Shown here in pieces: positions 35,955-49,008 of a stretch of 64,000 nt of DNA. Made by a program: the position numbers and the translations under genes. Numbering within the stretch: position 1 is the first letter of the stretch; each line of letters begins with the position of its first letter. The notes beneath the pieces are model-generated. The model saw nothing but the letters and a program-made list of their open reading frames with translations. It was not told the DNA's origin and did not search any database. Origin of the DNA: Octopus sinensis (lineage: Eukaryota); assembly GCF_006345805.1 (NCBI RefSeq), contig NW_021832228.1, positions 62,001 to 126,000 on the forward strand. Reading direction: 5' to 3'.

Positions 35955-38900
35955 ATGGAAGATTTATGTAATTTTTTAATATAAAATATAATAGTAAAGA
36001 AATATCCAATATATTTCCATACAAAAGCTTTAATTCTATTCAAAATCAAATTTTCAGGGATGTTTAATCAAAACAATTTATCGTTTGTTCTGAGAGCTCC
36101 CACAGGCTCAGGGAAAACCGTTGCATTCGAGTTAGCAATCATTCGTCTGTTCGAAAATTCCATAAATACTAAGGAAATTAAAGTCGTTTACAGTTTGCTA
36201 AGCAATAAAACTCACTTCCAGTTGCACCCCTCAAAAGCCTTTGCAGAGAAAGAACCTTAGACTGGAAGAAATTTACTTTGATTAATTTAAGCTGCTGCGA
36301 GATAACAGGAGACTCAGAAGAAGAAAAAATCTCAGAATTGAATTCCTCTCAAATAATAATTTCAACTCCAGTCAATGATTTATTTTATAAAATAGGAAAA
36401 ACTTGAAGGAATTACTAAAAGAAAAGATTTGACATATTTTTCAGAGAGGTAGATTTAGTTCTCATCGACGAAGTTAAAAATAAATATCGAATTTTCCAGA
36501 TTCACACTATAAGTGAAGACAACAGAGGCGCAGTGCTCGAGGTGGTTGTCACCAGATTGATGATGACTTTGAATATTCGATTTATTGCCGCCTCAGCCAC
36601 GATAGCTAACATAGACGATGTTTATATAGTTCTAGCAAGTATTTTAGATATTAAATTGGCTTTCCTGTAACAGCCCTAACGCAGGACATTATTGCAGGTA
36701 GTCTGATCATAAAATTGTCAGAATTGATGAAAATAGACGCATTGTTCCACTCAAAAAATAGTTTTGGGGTTTTCTCAAGGCTATCGATGTGCCGACTTTA
36801 AATTCGACATGTCCCTTAATTATAAGTTGGCAAATATCATTCAAAAATACTCCAATAATAAGCCAACTCTAATTGTAGTTGTATATTCTCATCTTCAAGT
36901 TCTGTTCGACTCGTAAAAGTACATTAATGGCTGCCAATGTGCTAATAAACGAATGTTTTGTCACCGATATGAATATTTTGTCTCAGCTTGACAATTTTTC
37001 CGACAAAATAAAGGACAAGGGATTAAAAAGTACATTTCAACCAAAATTTAACATTTTAAGGTTACGTCCGTAAGGGAATAGGCCTTCACCACGCAGGATT
37101 AGATTACAATGATCGCCTCTTGGTCGAAGAAATGTTCAAGTCTCGACTCTTGTCGATTCTTCGTTAATGAATAACCAACCATATTCTAGTTTGCACATCC
37201 AGTCTGTCCCAAGGAATCAACCTCCCAGCCCACTTGGTTATAATAAAGTCGACTTTCCATTACAACAATGGCCAAATAAGACCTTACGATGACTGGCAAT
37301 TGATGCAGATGATGGGTCTGGCAGGCAGGCCACAGTACGATGACTGTGCCACTGCGGTTATTATGACTAAGGAAAACTTGGTGGGAAAATATCAGAGGTT
37401 TGTAGACGAATCTCAGTCCTTGGAAAGTCGGTTGTTTAAATATAAGCAAAATGTAAGGTTGGGACAATGCTTAGCTGAGTATATCAACGTGGAAGTGACA
37501 ATCGAGACAATTACAAATTTAGACGAGTTATTTTCCTGGATTAGATCGACTTTTCTTTTCGTTCGTTGTGTAAAAATCTGAAATTTTATGGTAAAGAGCA
37601 AATATTCTTATTACAACAATTAGGCTTAGGTTTGAACTCAAGTTCTCCTGAAGAGATAAGAAACAATTTAATAAGTAGAAAAATATTTGAATTTTTATTT
37701 TTAGAAAATTATCAGAAAATTTTTGAAGAAATGAAACATGAAAATATAGTCCAAGTAGACAACCAAAAGATACAAAAAACAAGTAACTATAAAAATCTCA
37801 TTTCGAGGATTGGGAGTTCTAATGGCTAAATACAACGTAAGTTTTAAAACAATGAAACATCTCAAATTGTTGAAAAATGATAAAGAAAATCTTTTGATTC
37901 GTTTTCCCATCAAAAAAAGAATAAAAATTGCTTCAGATAAAATAAACTGGTGTTTTCAAATTTTAATCGCAGCGTTATCCAAGCTGTGTTGGGTTCTTTG
38001 AAAATTGAGGATTTCGGAATTATTCAAGACTCTTATAACCTTCTCCGCATCGGCGCAAGAATCAGTCGATGTGAGAATTGGGAGTTTATTTGTAGTCTTT
38101 TTTGAACTTGTTTATGAACAGAACGACGATTATGAGATGGTTAAAAACGCAGCAACTTTAGCTAAATGTCTACAAACTCATCTTTGGGAAAACTCTCCAT
38201 TTCTGAGCCGACAACTTCCCGGAATAGGTGTTAGATAAATTTGAGATAACCTCAAACTCAGGACAGACATTAGCTGTCCTGTTATCCCGTTGTGGTCTTA
38301 CGAATTTTACTAAGCTCGCCAGTTCTTCCGCAGAACACCTTGAAGCGGTCATTCTTTAAATAATGAATTAAATATAGATATTACCTTTCGGTAAGATCCT
38401 GCTGGACAAAATTAAGACTATTCCTAAATTAGAACTGAGTTTAGTCCAGGAGGTAGCTTGTCTAAATATTATAGCCACAAAATTTACATTCACTCCAAAT
38501 ACAGATTAAATGTTTAAATCCAAGCAATTTAAATACAGTGAATACCCCCAAATTCGCCATTCTTAAATTCGCCAATTCTTAGATTCGCCTTTTTTAAAAA
38601 AAAAATTCTAGTTTCAATGGAAATTCGCCAATTCTGAAATTCGCCAGAATTTTTGAAAATTTTTAAATAAAAAATACAAAAAATATTGATAAATAATACA
38701 TTTTTAAAAAAACATGGCGCAACGTGGGTTTAGTACTATACCATTTCCCATACTAAATGGGATTAACACCAAACTAAGTGGGAAAAAATCAAAATATAAA
38801 GAGACAACAAATGGGACTGGAATATTAATTTAATAAAAAAGCCTAATTCTTTGTTAAAATAAAATTAATTTTTTCAATTACGTCAATTTTGGCTATTTTC

Positions 38901-40336
38901 GATTCATTAAACAGTTCTACTCACATTCAAAAATTATTGATTATATTCTGAAATTCGCCATTTCTCAAATTCGCCGCAAAAAATGACGGAACCAAAAATG
39001 GCGAATTTGGGAGTATTCACTGTACGAGAAATTCATTTTTGTACATTTTGTTGATTGGGTCTAAACAGAATCGACTACTTTTCCGAAGAAGGATTACGTA
39101 ATTTAATTACAACCAGGACTGTTAGGGGAAGGACAATGCACGGAGAGGGGATGTGGAAATCCAATTTGTTTGTCAATGACATTGAATACTTTCCCTTGGA
39201 GATTAGCTTAATTTGTCTTCACATGGGTTTATCTACAACGGATATTTCTAGTTGGAATTGATATTTGTGTCTCCTACGTTTCACAACCAGAGACAACAAA
39301 CAAACAAGAAATCCCTCAAAGGCTAACACGGCCAATTGCAATTGTGGACGAAAATAAAAAGTCCGAAGACGCTGAAGAACTTAATTTTGATCTTGACTGT
39401 TCAATAGGCGACAGTATTCTTTCAGAAGAACCTATCAAAGACAATAATCAAACCAACAATAGAAATCGTCGTATAACAGATTATTTCTCTACATATTCTA
39501 AAACAAATTCTACAGAAACGACAAACAACGCTTCTTTTAAAAGCAAAAAATCAGTTTTCTCTGCTAAAAACAAGGAAAAACAGATCAAAGAACGTTCTAA
39601 CCAAGACTTAACAGACATTCCAGTTGGACAGTCTACAAAACTTGATGAAAGTAATAAAAACAGTCTCATTCTAAATAATATTACTGTGGAAAACGCGATC
39701 AACAAATCTGTCAAAAATATCAACGACTCAATCGTTATATCAAAACAAAAATATTCGAAAAAATCTTCAAATGACTTTTTGAATTTTATCAAACAAAACA
39801 AAAACTTATCAATTCAAACAGCGAGAGAAGAAAGTCTATCTCAACCAGACATGAGCGTCAATATTAAAGAAGCAAGTAATGGATTTGTAGATGCAAATTG
39901 TACAACCAATTCTCAATTGAATTCTAAAAATACAAACGACAATGATAAAAGACAGGAAAATGAGTCTTTTGATGAAATAGAATGCACAATGACTATCGAG
40001 CTAATAGACAGTAATAATATTGACAATTAAATTTCAAATAAAACTAAACCCACCCACAAACAAACTGAAAATGCCAATAAAAGCACCTGCATCCAAAGAA
40101 AAAATTTGATAATCGATAAATACAGTCAGAAAAAGAAAATTTTCCGGTCTCATCTTTTCGATATTAAAAAACCAAAAAATAATTTGAATCAGCAAGAGTC
40201 GCTTGAAATTCTTAGAGATGTTGACGATTTTACAAATAACAGAAAAGGAATGAGTCTTGAGATTTTGAGTCAAAATAAAAGAAAGATGCTCTCAATTAGC
40301 AGCGACAATAATAAGTTGATGGCTACGATTGACTAA
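35955..40336 (+). CDS. HFM1: Meiotic DExH helicase MER3/HFM1, disrupted
   Basis: APTGSGKT, YIAPLKSL, EITGD, LIDEIH, SATIAN, FKFDMSLNYKL, FCSTRK, GLHHAGL, GINLPAHLVIIKST, QMMGLAGRPQYD, Sec63 region; Asn/Lys-rich tail. Confidence 0.9.
38536..39022. mobile_element. pogo/Tigger-type MITE
   Basis: TIRs cagtgaatacccccaaattcgcca / tggcgaatttgggagtattcactg, TA on both sides, repeated aaattcgcca subterminal motifs. Confidence 0.92.
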
Positions 40337-40499
40337 ACATTGTTTTACGTTTTTGTTTTAATGTTACAAATTTATCACAATTCATATTTATCAGGACATT
40401 AAAACCTGTCATCAAAACTTAATTAAAAAATAGTTAATTTATTGCCAGTTTTTCCTTTAGTTTTCGATTTTTCATAAAATTAAGTCGAAAGTCGTAAAA

Positions 40500-40745
40500 T
40501 TCTTTAAGCAATTTAACAGAATCTTGCGTTTCTCTTGCAAATTTTTTAACAATTAAGGCTCAACTTTTTTCCAATAGAATTGCAACAATAAACTCATTCT
40601 TTTCCATGTTTGAAGTCGAAAATGTGATCATTTATTTCAATAAACGATTTTAGTGAAAATTTTTCTCCGAAAATTAATATAAATCTCAGATCATGTCACT
40701 TTTTAAATCTGTCAAGCCAGCGGATTGATGTTTTGAAAGTGTTAC
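40500..40745 (-). mobile_element. pogo transposase remnant
   Basis: FKTSIRWLDRFKK..FGEK and CCNSIGKKL. Confidence 0.6.
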
Positions 40746-41124
40746 AATCAATTTTGAAACCGTATTAAGAAAACTAGACGTTCAGGAAATGATTTTGAAT
40801 GTTTGAATGCTAAAGGAGCACAATACAATATGCAAGGAAAGCTTTCGGTGTTTGGATTTACTTGCATTGACCGTTAATTTTGGCCTGACTAAAAGTAGCA
40901 TATGATGTTTCTTCAACCAATTTAGTGAAGTTTGACGACCATTGCAAAAACGCACTGGAAGTTCTTGTTCCGTTTAAAAAAATTAAATATATAAATCTAG
41001 ATTTTCTTTCCTACTATATATAAAAAATAAGTACCGAAACGTTCGTAATGCTGAAAATAATTCTCAGAATTACAGGAATATGCTTTACCATGATTACAAA
41101 TGGAGGCATAACAAGGTGGTAAGG

Positions 41125-41760
41125 CAGCGTTTCTCAACTTTTTTTAATGGGGATCCCCAAAATGCTTTAAAAAAATTTCAGGGACCCCCTAGTATCTATT
41201 TTATCTTAATCAAGAATTAAATCAAATCTTGTTTATAAAAATTTATAAAAATTAAACTGCCTAATGGGACATTTGTTCTTGCATTTTAGAGATTAAAATA
41301 TCAATGTTCGGTTTTGTCTCAGATAGGGCAATACGTAAATCATCTTCTACTTTAAGACGATTTCGATACTTTGACTTTAAATATACAAGATGTCACATTG
41401 CCGTTTCACATAGATATTTTGTGTGAAATTGAATTAACTTCTCTAGGGCTATTGAACTGAGTAATGGATATACAGTTCTTAGTTCACACCAGAATTCCAT
41501 TAATGTACTGTTTTTAAACAATATCAAAGCACTTTGAGAGCTTTTTAATTCAATAAAAGATTTTTGAATTTTGAGATCGTCATCTACATTCACGAGAGAA
41601 AGGAAGGGATTTACAATCAAATCACAAACAGAATTTTGTGCAGGAAAATAATTTTCAAATTTCTCAACAAGATTTTCAAGATGTTTATCAATAATTTCCA
41701 ACAACGAATTATCGGGATCTGTATTTTGATAAAAAGTTTCAAAAAGAGGAAACATTTATA
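41125..41760 (-). mobile_element. hAT 3' end (one TIR plus dimerisation region)
   Basis: cagcgtttctcaac at 41125; LMEFWCELRTVYPLLSSIALEKLIQFHTKYLCE. Confidence 0.8.
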
Positions 41761-41799
41761 ATTCATTGAGTTAAATCAGTTTGTGAGAACTCGAAAGTG

Positions 41800-41920
41800 C
41801 ACATTAAAATGGATACCCCAAATACACACCTTGATTGTTGTCCAGCAAAATAAACCAGACATGTTGGTCTGTGATATGGAAACTGGGGAGATTGTGAAGG
41901 TAGGCATCAAATGTCTACAT
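41800..41920 (+). mobile_element. R4/NeSL-type restriction-like endonuclease fragment
   Basis: QQNKPDMLVCDMETGEI..VGI. Confidence 0.5.
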
Positions 41921-42657
41921 TCCATGTGCATGAGATGGACTGGTCACCAAATACTATAAGAATTAAGGCAGTAGGGTGTAGATCAGTCTCTGTAAGCATG
42001 AAAACTCAGTAATTAGTTGAGCAATTAAAAAGATTCTTGTATCAATAAAGCTTCGAACTCCCATAATCGTTAGTTAGTAGCTTCGAACTCCCTGACATGC
42101 AGGAAGCCGACTGGTAAACAAACCTCAACTGAGGCTATTATCAGTGAGGTTGATCTTCGGAATTTACTTGGATTCCTCATATCGTCGATGCTAAGAAGAA
42201 GACTTAAAAGAATTTTAAAAAATAAATGAAAACTTATTGTAACAGACAAAATTCGAAATATCAATGTGATGCCAATAAATTGACAAACTTAAAGAAGTTT
42301 GATACAGACAAAAAAATAACCAAAAACATGACAATTTATTTCCAGTGAATGTGGACATTTCTTAACCAAATGTACAAAACTAAAATGTTCTTATACTCAA
42401 TGTCCTTCCATACTCCTCACATGACACACCTGGGAGAAATTGGTTTGTTTATGCAAGTAGTCGCCCAGTCCCGTCTGTATGTTGTGTTGATCTGGCAAAC
42501 AAGATATTGGAACTGGGAATCACTATTGTCCAGAAAGGAACGTTTGATTCTCGCAAGTATGGCGTAGATTTGAAAAGGTTCACAATATAATTTGTATTTA
42601 AATTTTTAATAAAATTTAAAACTTCTAATAAAATAATTTTTGTTAGAAGTTGTTGTA

Positions 42658-43228
42658 ATGTCTTTTAACAAAAATGTTAATTATGTTAATTCAACTGCTG
42701 GTGCTGTTCCGTTTAAGAATAAAAAAGGTATTAATTCCAAAAATACATCTCATAGGTGAAATATCTATGCAGAAAGTAAAAGTCCAACGTTTCTTAGTAA
42801 AGGACGAAGGTTCCTTAATATTATTAATTCCTAGGACTAATTTCGATACAGTAGAAGATCACGAAGAGATCAAAGAGGAGAAAGTAAAAAATATCAACAC
42901 AATTCTTAATTTCATATCTACATATGCCATATCTGACATAAAAATCAAAAAAGAAATGGAAAATTTAGAGTTTGGTCCTCAATTTATTTATATGTTAGTC
43001 TAAATAAAGAAATCAAAAAAGAAAATGACTCTGAAGACGAAGATCACTTATATGAGAAGAGACAAATGCTGAGACAACAAATTTTGGACAAAAAACACGA
43101 ACCTGAACCGGAATCTGAGGAAGAAGACGAATTTGTCTCAGGTAGTCATTACTAAATAGCATATTTTGTTAGAATACGAGGAATATGAAGAAATTGTAGA
43201 AGAGGAGGTGAAACCTTTGCCCAAAGGC
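42658..43228 (+). pseudogene. MFAP1: MFAP1 (spliceosomal B-complex protein) 5' part, truncated
   Basis: NSTAGAVPFKNKK|GEISMQKVKVQRF followed by acidic exons; conserved C-terminal domain absent. Confidence 0.8.
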
Positions 43229-43420
43229 ATTTCCCATGATCGAAGAGAATTGTTGTCATGTCATCTGGGAGCTTTTAATCTCCGCGATCCAACCCGACTT
43301 GTTTTAGCACACTAGGGAATCCAGGAGATGTCAGGACGCGGGTCACTACATCATTACACTCAGAGTTGCCAGGGAATCGGCCAGAACTATGACGGCAAGA
43401 TAGTTGGTGTAGTCCTAAGG

Positions 43421-44468
43421 CAGGGGTGGCCAACCTTTTCCACAAAAAATATAATTTTAAGACGTGAAATTACGAAATCATTTTTAAGCATTTCCGACGA
43501 GACATGGAAGTCGGTGATTTTTACCGATGAATGGTCTTTTGATATTTTTAATATCAATAAGCATCAAATAGTGTATAGAAAAAATGGTTCGGCATACAAA
43601 AAATGCAATATTGTCCCAACTGTAAAATTCGGTGGTGGAAAAATAATGGTCTGGAGCAGTTTCTCGTGTAACGGAGTCCGTAATCTTGTTTTTATTGACG
43701 GAATTCTTAATAGTGCAAAATATACTAATATTTTATCCAATAATATATTCGAATGTGCCAAAAAATTCGGGATAGGCTCATTTATTTTACTACAGGATAA
43801 TGGACCTTGCCACAGATCTAAAATGGTACAAGATAAAAAACATTATTTTATTTCAATGGCCGGCTCAATCACCGGATCTAAACCCGATAGAACATCTATT
43901 GGCAGAAATGAAGAGAGAATTATCAAAAAATGTAGTCAAAAACAAAAATGAGCTAAAGGACAAATTAACAGAAATATGAAATAATATATCACCAGAAGTA
44001 TTGAAAAAACTAGTAATGTCTATGAAAAATAGATGTTACAAAATTTTCAGTGCAAATGGTAGACATATTAACTACTAAATGACTTGTTTTTATTTTTGTC
44101 CGGTTTTACGTGTCTTAAGTAAATTGAAATTCTGCTTTAAATATAAGTTCTATAATAGCATAATTAATAATTATTACACAATTATTATTATTAAGTAAAA
44201 ATATTAGGCGTAAGTTTTTGATTTTTCATATTTGATTAATAAAATCATCAAAAATGGCTTGTCCGGTTTTCAGTGACGAGGGGTGTATATATTTTAATAA
44301 CAATTTTTTATTTTATACTCAAAAGTTGATGGGATTTTTAACATTGTAATTTTCTTACGATTACATAAAATTCTGGTCCTGAGAGCACAAACATGTCCTC
44401 TATTAAGATTTTATATATCGAAGGCGATCAACCAAGAAATGCGCCGATCGACTGGTTGGCCACCCCTG
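43421..44468. mobile_element. hAT-ended element carrying the 3' half of a Tc1 element
   Basis: Perfect TIRs caggggtggccaacc; TSD tcctaagg at 43413-43420 and 44469-44476; internal WKSVIFTDE, TVKFGGGKIMVW, LLQDN, WPAQSPDLNPIEHLL. Confidence 0.92.
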
Positions 44469-44714
44469 TCCTAAGGTGTCAATCGTCTGACCACAGGGCA
44501 TTAATGCTCACGGCAGATGTTTAACTCTAAGTGCAGAGAAACTACAATTCGGAAGAATTCGTCGTCCAGCAACGTCCAGACTGACGCCACTGATGCCCCA
44601 AATTTTGAGATTCGATGGCGTCGTGATTTGACGCTGGATAAAAGCGTGTTGAAGGAACAAAGAATATCGGAAAAATGATGTAAATCGCAACTGATGTTTA
44701 TGATCTAAGATTCA

Positions 44715-44920
44715 TAAGAATTGATTTCGAGATAATGGCGTCCAATGAAGGGATTAAGATTTTCAAGTCCTTAAAAACGGATTCAGATATACCGCCTATG
44801 GTGGAGTCATCTAGTACTAAACGTTGAATTCGGATGATACATTCCTGGCAACATTATCAACGGCAAAAGCAACAAGAAGAGGCCTCAGTAAGTCACCTTG
44901 CTCTACTCCATTACCTGATT
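44715..44920 (-). mobile_element. CRE-like RT core fragment
   Basis: GVEQGDLLRPLL..SSEFNV*YLDDSTIGG. Confidence 0.75.
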
Positions 44921-45179
44921 ACCAGCAATGAGAAAGATGGGCTGCCTGTAGCCAAAGGCGATGAGAAGTGAGATTATTCAATGTTGAAGACACACTCATT
45001 TGGTGATAAATTTCACTTATTCTTTTGTCCAGTTCAAGCGTTCTTTCCCGCGGTTCAACTCTGTTTCTATAAGAAACAATCATCACTTTTCAAGGCAAGT
45101 TTCAAGTCACCGATAAAGAAAGGTGATTTATCGAAAATAAGGTGCTCTGATTTTCTTGCCTCATAAAGACCTTTGGGAA

Positions 45180-47042
45180 GTTATGAGATAATAAACGGCT
45201 CAATCGCCTAAAGTCTATTTCCCCAAAGACCTTCATATTGTAAGAAGAATCTCTTGGAACAGCGGTCATGGTGGTGGAGTGTACACAAGGAACGAGCATT
45301 GAGCCACCGTGATGTCCCCGATGTCATCCAAATGTAGCAATACGAGCTGCTTCTGTGCACGAAGATGCATATTTTCAATTTCAACCTCAATCTTGGCAAT
45401 ACCCAAATTTAATGCCCATCGGCGGCTCTGCCCACAATAAGGACACAATCCGACTGAGTTATGCACCTTTGAGTCACACAGTGTTTGTATAGTCCGCCTG
45501 ATAGACCACCATTTTGAACGCATCTTCCAGTTTACCAAGCCAATGACAGAGTTGATATTCATTCGAAGTGGTAGTTAATGGCACTTATACGTATCAAATG
45601 GATTTTTATTGAATTTTTGGAGTACGTCTGAACTGGTTAACCCCAAAATCGAATCATTGTATGACACAATTCAAGCACAAATGTATCAATGGAAACTTTT
45701 GAGGTCATTGGCACTACTGCCACAACGTGGATGTTATTCAGCGTAGTTAGTAGTCTATCTGGTCTGCCATATTTATTACACTCACTGGAGGCCTGGAAAA
45801 GATAAAAGTTCTTGTAACCCCCCAAAACCTTGTCTCCCAGAAGGGATAGCAGTTTTAGGACCTTGTAGGGGTACTTCAACTTTATGTAGTCCAATAGTCC
45901 AGTCGGGATCTCCACCAATGTCAAGTCCATGATTTACCGAAGACGGGATATATTTTATCCGCGTCGTCCCCCTGTCTGGTGAAATAACGGAAAACGAAGA
46001 CCTTTAGAGGGCTGTGGCCGCGTCCAAATGTGTCCAACTCAACCCATAGTCAATTAAACGCATAAACGGAGAACACGAGGCCAGAATGACACTCGGCATA
46101 TTCTCCGTCAGTCTTTGATGTCACAATTAGCAAACTTTGTGTAGTTTTGTTTGAAAATAACAGCAATGATGGACCCCGTTTGTGCTTTGATGGTAAAATG
46201 GGAGGAACATTTGGCCAACAAAGAGAGCTGTCCCACCAGGTTACCGTTCACGAGGGAGTATATGGGAATCTAATAACAAAACGCAACGCTGAATTGGACG
46301 GATAATCTATAAACGAAAATCCTCAAAAACATTGACAAATAATTCATGAGCGACTCTAAAGTAGTTTTGTAGGGAATAAAAGGCCGCGTTATGAAATCGG
46401 TGGAAAATTGACTCCAAAAGAAACCCTAGTCCCCGACTATTCCTCAAAAAAAGTATTAAACGACTCAATCGGCAGTCTTTTAATTACAAAAAACCAAAAC
46501 ATGTGAGTCCACCACAGCCACAGCAGATATCCCGTTATAATTCCGAGTCTCCGAAATATAAAACAAACACACTTAAACAGTAACACAGCTATAACATCTA
46601 ATAAACTGCATATACAATCCCCAGATTTGGCGTCCTTTAGGGAATAAATATTATCATTCTAGAATAACCAGAGTCGGGTACTTCATCGACTAAGTAGTTT
46701 TTCCGTGTGAATGTAACTAAAAGACATGATTGGGGTGATATACCGGCTGATTTGTTTTAGTTTATATCTAAGGTTGTCGCCCTTGTTGTCGGCTAGTCTA
46801 TTGACCTTGATTTAGATTGTGGAAATTACTCGTTTCATTACTTTCTTTCCGAATTTGATCATGTCAACAACACGTTTTCTTGTAATAACACTTTTTCTTG
46901 CATCCTGAGCGGCTGTGACGATTCTTACTAGTATTGGTATTTTTGGGAATATTGTAACGTTTTTTGCTTGTTGTATGAATTTGTAAACTGTCAGGAATAG
47001 GATTATTCCGGTTAATGATAACAACAAATATAAGGCATCCAT
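45180..47042 (-). pseudogene. Neuropathy target esterase (PNPLA6/7, Swiss cheese) pseudogene lacking the patatin domain
   Basis: N-terminal TM plus RKR..FGKKVMKRV; cNMP-domain pieces LVGQLSLL and SPFMRLIDYGLSW; IPTGLLDYIKLKYP; VVYQADY; TQRCITQSDCVLIVG; LRAQKQLVLLH; ends at DFRRLSRLL. Confidence 0.85.
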
Positions 47043-47149
47043 AAGAAGTGATCTTTATTTAATTTTATTCTAATTAAATTTATTGGTTTTAGATATTAAA
47101 TATTAATAAAAAATACATTTTAATGTAAATTATTTTAATAACTAGACAG

Positions 47150-49008
47150 GCAGAGGACTGTCCCACTGGGAGGAGATCAGTCCCTTCTTTGGTTTGGGAA
47201 GTGAGGGTGACACTCAGTTTGAGCATCCCCACATAACACACCCGATATTCCTCCCCCTTTCAGTCCCCTCCACCAACATTGTGAGCAGTCGAGTGAGAGG
47301 GGGGGACAGAGGGGACACATCTGAGGGGAATTGGGTCACACCACACAAAATATTGTCCATAACAGTCACCAGTCGACTCACACGTTTTATATCCTCAATA
47401 CAAGAACAGTCCTGGCAATATTCCCCACCAATAAGAGAGGACACAATGGACTCCTCGTCTTACCCAATGTTATGTTCACTCAGCATATTCAATGTCTCCA
47501 CAGCCAACAAAACATCCTTGTCTCCCAAATCAGCTGTTTTGGTATATATTGATACGATTTAGACACCACTGGAGTCACCACAAAGTCCAATAACGGAGTA
47601 TAAGATAATAAAACATTTGCAATAGTTTTGACTGAAATAATCGCGTCCATTAATCTTAAGGTGGCCAGTAACACGTTATCGTTCAATCTCTTCACTTTGG
47701 ACGTCAGGCATTTCCCCAAATCAACTTTTTCCGACACAAATTTGTAAAAAGTAGAAATAAAATCTTCATTTTTGTTGAATTTAGCAATGCTTGTGTACAA
47801 ATCAATTACATGGATATCAACGTGGAAGGAATTTGTGGTTGGAAGGTGGATAAAACTGACCACAGCCAACCTTCCGACCACTGAACTCTCCATCAACATC
47901 ACTGAAATGTCATTATTTTCAACAATCAGAGAAAAAGAGTCGTAAACCGAGTTTACGGTGAGTTTTTCTTTGTCAGTCTCCGCCAAATCGACCAAATAAG
48001 TGGCATAATCAATCAAATATTGAGGCAACAAATCAGGCAGTGCCAAAAGGACCAGTGCACGAGCTGAATAAATCCTAAAATACATATATTGGATAAATCC
48101 AACCTCTCCTCGAACAAGAATCAAGTTCAGAGTTATCCATATCCGAGAAAACGCTTTCCAAGTCCGGCATTAGTACAAATAGATCTTTTTTGTGTTGTGA
48201 AACGGAGTACTGAAATACAAATTCTATCGTGGCTTGCTGCATGAGAATATCGCAGTCGGAAAGACAGTCGGCGCATATTTTATGATGATGAATGAGCAGC
48301 AAGTCAGAATTGATGCATCATTCACCGACGATTGGAGTATTATCTACAATAAATAAACAAAATCAAATCCAATCGCCCCAACAGCGTTATAGTTTATAAA
48401 AATGGCAAACATCAACCTCGTATAAAGAAATCCGAGTTTCTGAACATTCAATGATTTCTTCAAACATGCCTTTAAGAGTCTTGAGTGCTTGTTTTAAAAA
48501 CTGTGGGTACTTTCCTTTCAATTAAAACGTGTTTAAGACAACCGAATATGTTCAGTAAAATCGATCGAGTGAAATTAGATAACTCTTCATGCTCTAAATA
48601 ACTGAGGCATTCATATAAGGTGATACGTTACCACTAAAGTCAAAATTATTGAACTGCCGATGAGTTTGTTAGGAATACCAATGATAAGGACAATCTACGA
48701 CAGAAATTGAGTGGAATCTCTATTCCTTCACATATTGGGTTGTGGACGTTAAAAGGATCAGATTTTATTAGACGGTTAGTAATGGTGGGGAGAACTTTGT
48801 TCAATAATGAATCACATGATTGACAAAGATGGGATTCTAGAGTTGCAATGCGGTCACAGATTTTGAGAATAGTCATTATAAGATATTCGTCAGGAATAAT
48901 TTCAAGTTCTTTCTCCAATTCAATACTCGATAAATTCTTGATCATTGTTTTAAGAGAAGGGGTAATATCCGAATCTTCGCATTCAAGGAGAGACAATAGG
49001 AAATCCAT
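47150..49008 (-). CDS. Unidentified helical (ARM/HEAT-like) multi-exon protein
   Basis: Leu-rich open exons with short introns starting MDFLLSLLECE; fold is a guess. Confidence 0.6.

Noticed and set aside
35955-37900. Single-base frameshifts in MER3 and other genes as evidence of pseudogenisation
   Set aside because: Most lie in homopolymers, and the duplicate copies and array show the same error type, so they were not counted as lesions
42340-42580. Cys-rich coding-like segment upstream of MFAP1
   Set aside because: Contains a stop and matches no family I can recognise
45180-47042. Endogenous viral cassette of short ORFs
   Set aside because: The ORFs are ordered pieces of an NTE/PNPLA6-like gene
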